From: Mustelus asterias
Lineage: Eukaryota
DNA length: 64,000 nt
Assembly (NCBI RefSeq): GCF_964213995.1
Contig: NW_027591158.1
Location: forward strand, 1 to 64,000
Direction: 5' to 3'
Position numbers and translations under genes: made by a program. The notes under the pieces are model-generated. The model did no database searches. It was not told where the DNA came from and was given only the letters and a program-made list of their open reading frames with translations. How positions within the stretch are numbered: the first letter of the stretch is position 1; each line of letters begins with the position of its first letter. Of the stretch, positions 50,577 through 61,960 are shown piece by piece.

Positions 50577-50670
50577 TACTGGAGGATCTTGTTGCAGGAT
50601 TACGCTGCTGTATTTTTCTTATTCCTAAGAAAAATACAGCAGTGTATTCCTGCAACAAGATCCTCCAGTA
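50577..50670. repeat. Fold-back palindrome: 45-bp arms, 4-nt loop, 2 mismatches
   Basis: tactggaggatc...tttttctta-ttcc-taagaaaaat...gatcctccagta. Confidence 0.93.
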
Positions 50671-50794
50671 GTCTGAGAATTCACTGATCTCCCAAGCAGA
50701 GGCCATTTACCTCAGATCACCACCAGAGGGAGCGCCCTCACCGTGTTTGTGTGATCACGGTATCAGGAGTGGGTTCCATTACACATTGATACAG

Positions 50795-53700
50795 GGAAAC
50801 ATAAACCAGGAGAACTGGGTTAATTGTTGGATTACACAGTGATATGTCACAGAGCAGTAATCCAGGGGAACTGGATTAATTGTTGGATTACACAGTGATA
50901 TGTTACAGAGCAGTAATCCAGGGGAACTGGATTAATTGTTAGATTACACAGTGATATGTTACAGAGCAGTAATCCAGGGGAACTGGATTAATTGTTAGAT
51001 TACACAGTGATATGTTACAGAGCAGTAATCCAGGGGAACTGGATTAATTGTTAGATTACACAGTGATATGTTACAGAGCAGTAATCCAGGGGAACTGGAT
51101 TAATTGTTAGATTACACAGTGATATGTTACAGAGCAGTAATCCAGGGGAACTGGATTAATTGTTAGATTACACAGTGATATGTTACAGAGCAGTAATCCA
51201 GGGGAACTGGATTAATTGTTAGATTACACAGTGATATGTTACAGAGCAGTAATCCAGGGGAACTGGATTAATTGTTAGATTACACAGTGATATGTTACAG
51301 AGCAGTAATCCAGGGGAACTGGATTAATTGTTAGATTACACAGTGATATGTTACAGAGCAGTAATCCAGGGGAACTGGATTAATTGTTAGATTACACAGT
51401 GATATGTTACAGAGCAGTAATCCAGGGGAACTGGATTAATTGTTAGATTACACAGTGATATGTTACAGAGCAGGAATCCAGGGGAACTGGATTAATTGTT
51501 AGATTACACAGTGATATGTTACAGAGCAGTAATCCAGGAGAACTGGATTAATTGTTAGATTACACAGTGATATGTCACAGAGCAGTAATCCAGGGGAACT
51601 GGATTAATTGTTAGATTACACAGTGATATGTTACAGAGCAGTAATCCAGGGGAACTGGATTAATTGTTAGATTACACAGTGATATGTTACAGAGCAGTAA
51701 TCCAGGGGAACTGGATTAATTGTTGGATTACACAGTGATATGTTACAGAGCAGTAATCCAGGGGAACTGGATTAATTGTTAGATTACACAGTGATATGTT
51801 ACAGAGCAGTAATCCAGGGGAACTGGATTAATTGTTAGATTACACAGTGATATGTTACAGAGCAGTAATCCAGGGGAACTGGATTAATTGTTAGATTACA
51901 CAGTGATATGTTACAGAGCAGTAATCCAGGGGAACTGGATTAATTGTTAGATTACACAGTGATATGTTACAGAGCAGTAATCCAGGGGAACTGGATTAAT
52001 TGTTAGATTACACAGTGATATGTTACAGAGCAGTAATCCAGGGGAACTGGAGTAATTGTTAGATTACACAGTGATATGTTACAGAGCAGTAATCCAGGGG
52101 AACTGGATTAATTGTTAGATTACACAGTGATATGTTACAGAGCAGGAATCCAGGGGAACTGGATTAATTGTTAGATTACACAGTGATATGTTACAGAGCA
52201 GTAATCCAGGGGAACTGGATTAATTGTTAGATTACACAGTGATATGTTACAGAGCAGTATTCCAGGGGAACTGGATTAATTGTTAGATTACACAGTGATA
52301 TGTTACAGAGCAGTAATCCAGGAGAACTGGATTAATTGTTAGATTACACAGTGATATGTTACAGAGCAGTAATCCAGGAGAACTGGATTAATTGTTAGAT
52401 TACACAGTGATATGTTACAGAGCAGTAATCCAGGAGAACTGGATTAATTGTTAGATTACACAGTGATATGTCACAGAGCAGTAATCCAGGGGAACTGGAT
52501 TAATTGTTAGATTACACAGTGATATGTTACAGAGCAGTAATCCAGGGGAACTGGATTAATTGTTAGATTACACAGTGATATGTTACAGAGCAGTAATCCA
52601 GGGGAACTGGATTAATTGTTGGATTACACAGTGATATGTTACAGAGCAGTAATCCAGGGGAACTGGATTAATTGTTAGATTACACAGTGATATGTCACAG
52701 AGCAGTAATCCAGGGGAACTGGATTAATTGTTAGATTACACAGTGATATGTCACAGAGCAGTAATCCAGGGGAACTGGATTAATTGTTAGATTACACAGT
52801 GAAATGTCACAGAGCAGTAATCCAGGGGAACTGGATTAATTGTTAGATTACACAGTGATATGTCACAGAGCAGTAATCCAGGTGAACTGGATTAATTGTT
52901 AGATTACACAGTGATATGTCACAGAGCAGTAATCCAGGGGAACTGGATTAATTGTTAGATTACACAGTGATATGTCACAGAGCAGTAATCCAGGGGAACT
53001 GGATTAATTGTTAGATTTCACAGTGATATGTTACAGAGCAGTAATCCAGGGGAACTGGATTAATTGTTAGATTACACAGTGATATGTTACAGAGCAGTAA
53101 TCCAGGAGAACTGGATTAATTGTTAGATTACACAGTGATATGTCACAGAGCAGTAATCCAGGGGAACTGGATTAATTGTTGGATTACACAGTGATATGTT
53201 ACAGAGCAGTAATCCAGGGGAACTGGATTAATTGTTAGATTACACAGTGATATGTCACAGAGCAGTAATCCAGGGGAACTGGATTAATTGTTGGATTACA
53301 CAGTGATATGTCACAGAGCAGTAATCCAGGGGAACTGGATTAATTGTTGGATTACACAGTGATATGTTACAGAGCAGTAATCCAGGGGAACTGGATTAAT
53401 TGTTAGATTACACAGTGATATGTTACAGAGCAGTAATCCAGGGGAACTGGATTAATTGTTAGATTACACAGTGATATGTTACAGACCAGTAATCCAGGGG
53501 AACTGGATTAATTGTTAGATTACACAGTGATATGTCACAGAGCAGTAATCCAGGGGAACTGGATTAATTGTTAGATTACACAGTGATATGTTACAGAGCA
53601 GTAATCCAGGGGAACTGGATTAATTGTTGGATTACACAGTGATATGTCACAGAGCAGTAATCCAGGGGAACTGGATTAATTGTTAGATTACACAGTGATA

Positions 53701-54162
53701 TGTTACAGAGCAGTAATCCAGGGGAACTGGATTAATTGTTAGATTACACAGTGATATGTTACAGAGCAGTAATCCAGGGGAACTGGATTAATTGTTGGAT
53801 TACACAGTGATATGTTACAGAGCAGTAATCCAGGGGAACTGGATTAATTGTTAGATTACACAGTGATATGTTACAGAGCAGTAATCCAGGGGAACTGGAT
53901 TAATTGTTAGATTACACAGTGATATGTTACAGAGCAGTAATCCAGGGGAACTGGAGTAATTGTTAGATTACACAGTGATATGTTACAGAGCAGTAATCCA
54001 GGGGAACTGGAGTAATTGTTAGATTACACAGTGATATGTCACAGAGCAGTAATCCAGGGGAACTGGGTTAATTGTTAGATTACACAGTGATATGTTACAG
54101 AGCAGTAATCCAGGGGAACTGGATTAATTGTTAGATTACACAGTGATATGTCACAGAGCAGA
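50795..54162 (+). repeat. 56-bp tandem satellite, 60 copies, each containing CACAGTG
   Basis: Unit cacagtgatatgttacagagcagtaatccaggggaactggattaattgttagatta; heptamers run from 50835 to 54139, exactly 59 x 56 bp apart. Confidence 0.97.
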
Positions 54163-55003
54163 AATGGATGTTAAGTTTGCTGATGACACAACGATAGATT
54201 GGAAAATAAATGGTGATGAGGATGTAAGGGGACGATGAAGGGACATAAATAGTTCAGTGAATTGGCAAAGCTTCGCCAAATTGTGTTTAATGTGGGCGGA
54301 TGTGAAAATGTACATTTTGGCCTGATGAATATAAAATACACTTAATAACTAAATGGTGCGAGATCACAACATTCTGAGGGACAGAGGGATTGGGCCGTCC
54401 TTGGGCATGAATCAAAAGGGGCTAATATACAAGTACAGCAATTAATTAGAAATGTCATAAAATGTTACCATTTATGACGAGGGAATGAATTATTAAATAG
54501 GACGGGTCAGAAATTCCTCAGAAATAGGAGCACAATTAGGCCATTTGGCCCATCGAGTCCGTTCCGTCATTCCATCATGGCTGATATGCTCCTCATCCCC
54601 ATTTTCCTGCCTTCTCCCCATAACCCTTCAACCCATCACCAATTAAAAATCTGTCTAGCCCCTCCTTAAATTTACTCACTGTCCCAGCCTCCTCCGCTCA
54701 TTGGGGTAGCGAGTTCCACAGATTCACAACCCTTTGGGAGAAGTAGTTTCTCCTCAACTCTGTTTTAAATTTGCTGCCCCTTATCCTAAGACTGTGATCT
54801 CTCGTCCTAGAATGTCCCACAAGAGGAAGCATCCTCTCCACGTCTACTTTATCCGTACCTTTTATCATCTTGTCAATTTGATCTCTCATTCTTCTAAATT
54901 CACGTATGTTTCCATTGTGCAAGGCATTGGAGAGACCACATCTGGAGTATTGTGTACAATACTTGATTCCTTATCTATAGAAAGATGGTAATGTGTTAGA
55001 AAA
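54163..55003. mobile_element. Degenerate CR1 fragment (+) with a nested CR1 fragment (-, about 54520-54900)
   Basis: Paralog of 7305-7755; nested piece encodes FKTELRRNYFSQRVVNLWNSLPQ. Confidence 0.8.
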
Positions 55004-57194
55004 CTGCCCCAGGCTCCTGTGAATTCCTCCAACTCGTATTTAATGTAGACTCGAATTGATTTATTTTAAAACGGTTTATTTTAAACATATTGAGACCGGC
55101 CTGAAAGTGGTAGACTGGGGACTATCACACAGATACTCTCAATCTGATGGTGTGGTGGTGTTGTCACTGGACTGGGAGCCCAGAGTCCGAGGGTAATGCA
55201 CTGGGCAGCCAGCTTCCAATCACACCACAGCAAATAGTGAAATCTCAATTCAATAAAAAACTGTCATTAAAGGCCTGGTGATGACCATGAAACCATTGCC
55301 GTTAAAACCCATTTGGTTCCCCGATGCCCTTTAGAGAAGGAATTTATCCGACTCCAGAATAAGACCAGAGGATGCTGGAAAATCTCAGCAGGTCTGGTAG
55401 GACCTGTAAGTCTTTCATGTGAATCTAGGTCCACACGATGTGGTTGACTCTGGAATGGCCCAGCAAGCAAGCTGCTCAGTTCAAGGGCAGTTAGGGATAG
55501 ACCACAAGCAAGGAACTGGGAACAATCTGCACTAAATATTGGCCAGTTATTTTCAGTCTGGAAATGTAAAGCTGCCGTTTCGCTCTCAGTCAGGAACAGA
55601 TCCCAGTTTTACACCAATCTCTGATTTAACAGCACATTGGAGAGCTGGTGCAGACACGATGGGCCAAATGGCCTCCTGCACCAACACTATTCTGTGAAAT
55701 CTTAGAAAAACAGGGAAATGCTGGAATTAAACTCAGCAGGTTCGGCAGCATCTGTGCAGAGAGAGAGAGAGAAACAGAGTTAACATTTCAGCTCTGTGAC
55801 CTTTCCTGTGAACTGGGGAAAGTTCGAAATGTAACAGGTTTGGAGAAAGGGGCGGGTGGGACAGGGACTAAAGGAAGGTCTGTGAGAGGGTGGAAGACAG
55901 GAGAGATTGAATGAGAGAAAAGTGAACCCCCCCCCCCCGAGCCAAAGGGAATGGAGATGGAGCGAGAGAAGGAACAGAGAAACAGAAGCTGTGTCTGGAG
56001 CAGGGGGGCTGCCGACTGAAAGAAAGAAAAATGAAACAAGCAAAGAAAAAGAAGCAGAACGGGCTGAGAGTTCACTCTCTGAAACTGTTGGACTGAATCT
56101 TGAGTCCAGAAGGCTGTAAAGTGTGGAGGGGGTGGGTGAGTGGGGGGGGATGTTCTCCTGGACCTGCTCCAGACCCTGGTTAAAACAGTAACCAGTAGAT
56201 CCAGGATGGGGGGGGGGGGTCACTCTGGCTGATCTGCTGTGGTCTTGTCTGTGCCCAGCTCAATCTGATCTGTGCAACTCAAACACACTGGAGAGTGTTT
56301 GATAGGAAATGAAGATTGTGAATCTAACTCAGTGTGTGAACTCCCTCAGAGGCTCCCACACTGCATTCCAACAAACTGAGCTGGATTGGACTGAATGGGA
56401 AGTCATGGGAATGGAGCCCTCACTGACTTCATGCATCAAGTACATTTCTGGATGGAAATTAGCTGCATCGACTCCAGCCTGGTTGTTGGTGTGAAACAGG
56501 AGCTGATGTCTATCTGTGTGTGTGTGTGTGTGTGTGAGTCCCTGCGTGCAGCTCCCAGAGAGTTTAAAATCCTGCATCTGTCTCTCTGCAGAGCTGCTGG
56601 TTAAAGACACACTTACAGCATTTATCAGACAGAAACTTCACTCTCATTCTCTCCCTCCCCTCCCCCAGCCAGTGCTTCTGTTTAAAAAACAGTTTAAACG
56701 CTTTATGTTGCAGCTCTGATCTCTGGTGAATCATTAACCACACACACACATTCAGACACCCGGACAGACAGATTGTAAATCAGAAGTGGGAGTTGTAAAT
56801 GCAGCAACAAAGAACTTTGCAAGATATTGTTTCAGTTCAGGCAACTTAAGGAAAAGTGAATTTTGCAAGAATCAGCAAAGGGTGCAAACCTGTAGCCGAT
56901 GGAGTCCTGGATGAACAAGTTGTACAATCCACATTCAGACCTGGCCTCTCTCTCTCTCTGGCAGTGCAGGGCTGCGAGTTAATTGAAAGCCATCTTCTCT
57001 CAGCTCCCAGTGCTGGTGATGTGAAGCTGGGAGTGGGGGGGGAGGGAGAGCCTTGGGATAAACCATTTGCCTGGTGCTCACTAACCCCCACACACACAAA
57101 CACCCCCCACACACTCAGAGACAGGTTGGTGTTGGACTGGCCCATACCTGGAGGAGGTGTGTTCAGGTGAGGTGTAGGAGATGTGGTTGGATAA

Positions 57195-57470
57195 GGATTG
57201 ATTGGGGAGGTGTGGGACTCAGTGAGGTTATAAAAAGGCTGGCGATGCATTGTCCAGTCTCTCTCTACACGTGGGTTGGTAAGTATCAGGTAAGCTGTGT
57301 CTTTGTGAGTGAGTGAGTCAGTGTGTGCTTGCATGGAGTTCCAGCTCTGATATTTTAACCCCCCCTTTCCCAGCACAAAACCCCTGGCCAAGGATCTGTC
57401 TCCCCCACCATGGGAGAGGGGATGGAAGGAGTTGGAGAGATCACCGAGGGAAAACATGTGCGATGGTGAG
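57195..57470 (+). promoter_or_regulatory. Candidate TATA promoter and first exons of an unidentified gene
   Basis: ATTGG at 57201, TATAAAA at 57229, donors ggtaagt and caggtaag at about 57278-57294, acceptor ccctttcccag ending 57373, ccaccATGG at 57410, donor gtgagt at 57466. Confidence 0.4.
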
Positions 57471-58470
57471 TATGAACCTCTTCACTTTCTGTCTACACCT
57501 TTCCCGCCTCAGCCCTGCTTTTCTCTCTGTTTGCAGCCTCCTCTCAATCTCCCTCTCCATCTTTCTCTCTCTCAACCTTTCTCTCTCTCAATCTCTCTGT
57601 CTTTCTCTCTCTAAATCTTTCTCTCTCTAAATCTTTCTCTCTCTAAATCTNNNNNNNNNNNNNNNNNNNNNNNNNNNNNNNNNNNNNNNNNNNNNNNNNN
57701 NNNNNNNNNNNNNNNNNNNNNNNNNNNNNNNNNNNNNNNNNNNNNNNNNNNNNNNNNNNNNNNNNNNNNNNNNNNNNNNNNNNNNNNNNNNNNNNNNNNN
57801 NNNNNNNNNNNNNNNNNNNNNNNNNNNNNNNNNNNNNNNNNNNNNNNNNNNNNNNNNNNNNNNNNNNNNNNNNNNNNNNNNNNNNNNNNNNNNNNNNNNN
57901 NNNNNNNNNNNNNNNNNNNNNNNNNNNNNNNNNNNNNNNNNNNNNNNNNNNNNNNNNNNNNNNNNNNNNNNNNNNNNNNNNNNNNNNNNNNNNNNNNNNN
58001 NNNNNNNNNNNNNNNNNNNNNNNNNNNNNNNNNNNNNNNNNNNNNNNNNNNNNNNNNNNNNNNNNNNNNNNNNNNNNNNNNNNNNNNNNNNNNNNNNNNN
58101 NNNNNNNNNNNNNNNNNNNNNNNNNNNNNNNNNNNNNNNNNNNNNNNNNNNNNNNNNNNNNNNNNNNNNNNNNNNNNNNNNNNNNNNNNNNNNNNNNNNN
58201 NNNNNNNNNNNNNNNNNNNNNNNNNNNNNNNNNNNNNNNNNNNNNNNNNNNNNNNNNNNNNNNNNNNNNNNNNNNNNNNNNNNNNNNNNNNNNNNNNNNN
58301 NNNNNNNNNNNNNNNNNNNNNNNNNNNNNNNNNNNNNNNNNNNNNNNNNNNNNNNNNNNNNNNNNNNNNNNNNNNNNNNNNNNNNNNNNNNNNNNNNNNN
58401 NNNNNNNNNNNNNNNNNNNNNNNNNNNNNNNNNNNNNNNNNNNNNNNNNNNNNNNNNNNNNNNNNNNNNN

Positions 58471-60129
58471 CCCCCCCTCCTGAGCTTTGCCCCCCCCCCC
58501 TCCTGGCTTTGCCCCCCCCCCCTCCTGGGCTTGCCCCCCCCCCTCCTGGGCTTTGCCCCCCCCCTCCTGGGCTTTGCCCCCCCCCTCCTGGGCTTTGCCC
58601 CCCCCCTCCTGGGCTTTGCCCCCCCCCTCCTGGGCTTTGCCCCCCCCCCCTCCTGGGCTTTGCCCCCCCCCCCTCCTGGGCTTTGCCCCCCCCCTCCTGG
58701 GCTTTGCCCCCCCCCTCCTGGGCTTTGCCCCCCCCTCCTGGGCTTTGCCCCCCCTCCTGGGCTTTGCCCCCCCCCCCTCCTGGGCTTTGCCCCCCCCCCT
58801 CCTGGCTTTGCCCCCCCCCCTCCTGGGCTTTGCCCCCCCTCCTGGGCTTTGCCCCCCCCTCCAGGGCTTTGCCCCCCCCCCTCCAGGGCTTTGCCCCCCC
58901 CCCCCCTCCTGGGCTTTGCCCCCCCCCCCTCCTGGGCTTTGCCCCCCCCCCCCCTCCTGGGCTTTGCCCCCCCCCCCTCCTGGGCTTTGCCCCCCCCCCT
59001 CCTGGGCTTTGCCCCCCCCCTCCTGGGCTTTGCCCCCCCCCTCCTGGGCTTTGCCCCCCCCCCCTCCTGGGCTTTGCCCCCCCCTCCTGGGCATTGCCCC
59101 CCCGCCCCTGGGCATTGCCCCCTCCTGGGCATTGCCCCCCCCGCCCCTGGGCATTGCCCCCCCCGCTTGCCCCCCCCCCCGCTTGCCCCCCCCCCCGCTT
59201 GCCCCCCCCGCTTGCCCCCCCCCCGGACTGCCCGCCCCCCGACTGCCCGCCCCCCCCGACTGCCCGCCCCCCCCCGACTGCCCGNNNNNNNNNNNNNNNN
59301 NNNNNNNNNNNNNNNNNNNNNNNNNNNNNNNNNNNNNNNNNNNNNNNNNNNNNNNNNNNNNNNNNNNNNNNNNNNNNNNNNNNNNNNNNNNNNNNNNNNN
59401 NNNNNNNNNNNNNNNNNNNNNNNNNNNNNNNNNNNNNNNNNNGACTGCCCGCCCCCGACTGCCCGCCCCCCGACTGCCCGCCCCCCGACTGCCCGCCCCC
59501 GACTGCCCGCCCCCCGACTGCCCGCCCCCCGACTGCCCGCCCCCCGACTGCCCGCCCCCGACTGCCCGCCCCCCGACTGCCCGCCCCCCGACTGCCCGCC
59601 CCCCGACTGCCCGCCCCCCGACTGCCCGCCCCCCGACTGCCCGCCCCCCGACTGCCCGCCCCCCGACTGCCCGCCCCCGACTGCCCGCCCCCCGACTGCN
59701 NNNNNNNNNNNNNNNNNNNNNNNNNNNNNNNNNNNNNNNNNNNNNNNNNNNNNNNNNNNNNNNNNNNNNNNNNNNNNNNNNNNNNNNNNNNNNNNNNNNN
59801 NNNNNNNNNNNNNNNNNNNNNNNNNNNNNNNNNNNNNNNNNNNNNNNNNNNNNNNNNNNNNNNNNNNNNNNNNNNNNNNNNNNNNNGACTGCCCGCCCCC
59901 CGACTGCCCGCCCCCCGACTGCCCGCCCCCCGACTGCCCGCCCCCCGACTGCCCGCCCCCCGACTGCCCGCCCCCGACTGCCCGCCCCCCGACTGCCCGC
60001 CCCCCGACTGCCCGCCCCCCCGACTGCCCGCCCCCGACTGCCCGCCCCCCGACTGCCCGCCCCCCGACTGCCCGCCCCCCGACTGCCCGCCCCCCGACTG
60101 CCCGCCCCCCGACTGCCCGCCCCCCGACT
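58471..60129. repeat. C-rich minisatellites (Cn-tcctgggctttg)n and (gactgcccgccccc(c))n with gaps
   Basis: Directly visible tandem units flanked by N runs. Confidence 0.95.
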
Positions 60130-61077
60130 CCTGAACCCACTCCCAATCCTAAACCTGCCGCACTCAATCTCTCACCCCCAAATTCCCCTCTCCCCTCCAG
60201 GTTCCCCACCCCCCAAAACCCCCTTTAAATCCCCACTGCCCAAACCCACTCTCAGTCCCTCCACTTAAACACCTCTGAACCTCCCCTCTGCCCAATCTCT
60301 CTCTGCCCCTCCTCCCGATCCTCTCTGCCCCTCCCCCTGATCCTCTCTGCCCAATCTCTCCAATCCCAATTCCCCCCCCCCCCCCCCACTCCAGCCAAAT
60401 CTGTTGTCCCTCCTCACAATCCCTCTAAATCTCCCGATCGTTCCCTCTGAGCCCCGTACCCCGCTCCCCCACTGCCCAAACCATCTTCAAAGCCCCCCGG
60501 CTGAATATCCCTCTAAGTTCCCCTCTTTCCCCCCACCCCTCTCAACCTGGCAAATTCCCACTCCCTCCCTGTGAACAGCCTCTGGACTGACAGATCCCCC
60601 CCCTTCTAATTAGTAACCCCCCCCCCCCACCACACATCTATCCCCGTCCACCACCCCCCTGTAAACAGCTCCTGGTGGAGTTGGATGTGGAAACTCTGCC
60701 CATTTTAAACATTAACGTTCAAACGACTAATTCCCCTGACACTGAGCAGCCTGTGTTATAACATCCCGCACCCCCATCCTGTACAACAGACCCCCTGTCT
60801 GATTCCCCCCCCCCCCCTCAATTGCCCCCTTTCTCTGATAACCCCTGACTCTGGTCAGCCTGTGTTATAATATTCCCCCCTCTTGTACAACAGCCTCCCC
60901 CACCAGCCCCTTCCCTCTCTGTCTAATAGCCCCTGGCTCTGAACAAGCCCCTGTATTACACACTCCCCCCTTTCAGCAGTGCTGAATCCCTCTGAATTGC
61001 CCCCGATTCCCTCCCTCTGCGTTCCTGGGCCTTTGCTGCTTGTGAACAGCAAACCCGTGATCTGGCCCGTCCCCCAC

Positions 61078-61960
61078 GAGAGAGCAGAGAGGGAGATAAG
61101 AGGCAGAGAAGCAGAGAGATATAGAGATGGAGTTAGAGAGAATGCTACTGTAATTCAGACAGAATGATTCACAGAGAGAGGGAAGCAGAGATCAGATACA
61201 GAGAGAGATAAGAGGCAGAGAGATATAGAGATGGAGATAGGATGCGACTGTAATTCAGACATTGATTCACAGAGAAGGGAGGGAGCAGAGATAAGAGACA
61301 GAGATATAGAGATGGAGTTAGTGAGGAATCTGCTGTGATTCAGACAATGATTCACAGAGAGAGGGAAGCAGAGAACAGATAGAGATATAGAGACAGAGGA
61401 TGCTACTTTAATTCAAACAGACTGAGTCAGGGGGAGGCAGAGATAGAGAGAGGGGGAAGCAGAGAGAGATAGAGAGAGTCAAGCAGATAGCTAGAGAGAT
61501 AAGACAGAGAAGCAGAGTTAAAGTTCAAATTTTATTCGTCACAAGTAGGCTTACATTAACACTGCAATGAAGTTACTGTGAAAAGATGGAGATAGAGAGA
61601 ATGCTGCTGTACTTCAGACAGAATGAGTCAGAGAGGGAGCAGAGATAGATAGAGCGAGAGAGAGATGGAGAGGAGGCTGCTGTGATTGAGATAAAATGAT
61701 CCACAGAGAGGGAGAGAGAGATGTGCAGAGAGGCTGAGATACAAAGTGAGATGTCGAGATAAATAGAAAGTGGGGCTTTGGCAAGACAGTGACAAAGTTT
61801 CAGAGAGAGAGTGAAAGATAGAGAGAATGAGAGAAAAGGGAGAAAGATGCTGCCATTTTGAGAGGCTGAGGTATAAAGGATGGGGAGAGACAGGGATTGG
61901 AAAGATGTGGAGAAACAGTTCTGAGGATGGGGGAGTTGCACAGACAGAGCTTCAGGGAGA
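61078..61960 (+). repeat. Purine-rich (GA) degenerate tandem repeat
   Basis: Recurring agagatggag...gct(a/g)ctgt(a/g)attcagac...gattcacagagag units. Confidence 0.75.

Noticed and set aside
50795-54162. CRISPR-like array (regular repeat with hairpin)
   Set aside because: There are no unique spacers or cas genes and the DNA is vertebrate; it is a head-to-tail satellite.
57627-60268. Pro/Gly-rich ORFs of 500-860 aa
   Set aside because: They run through N gaps and C-rich minisatellites that lack stop codons in several frames.
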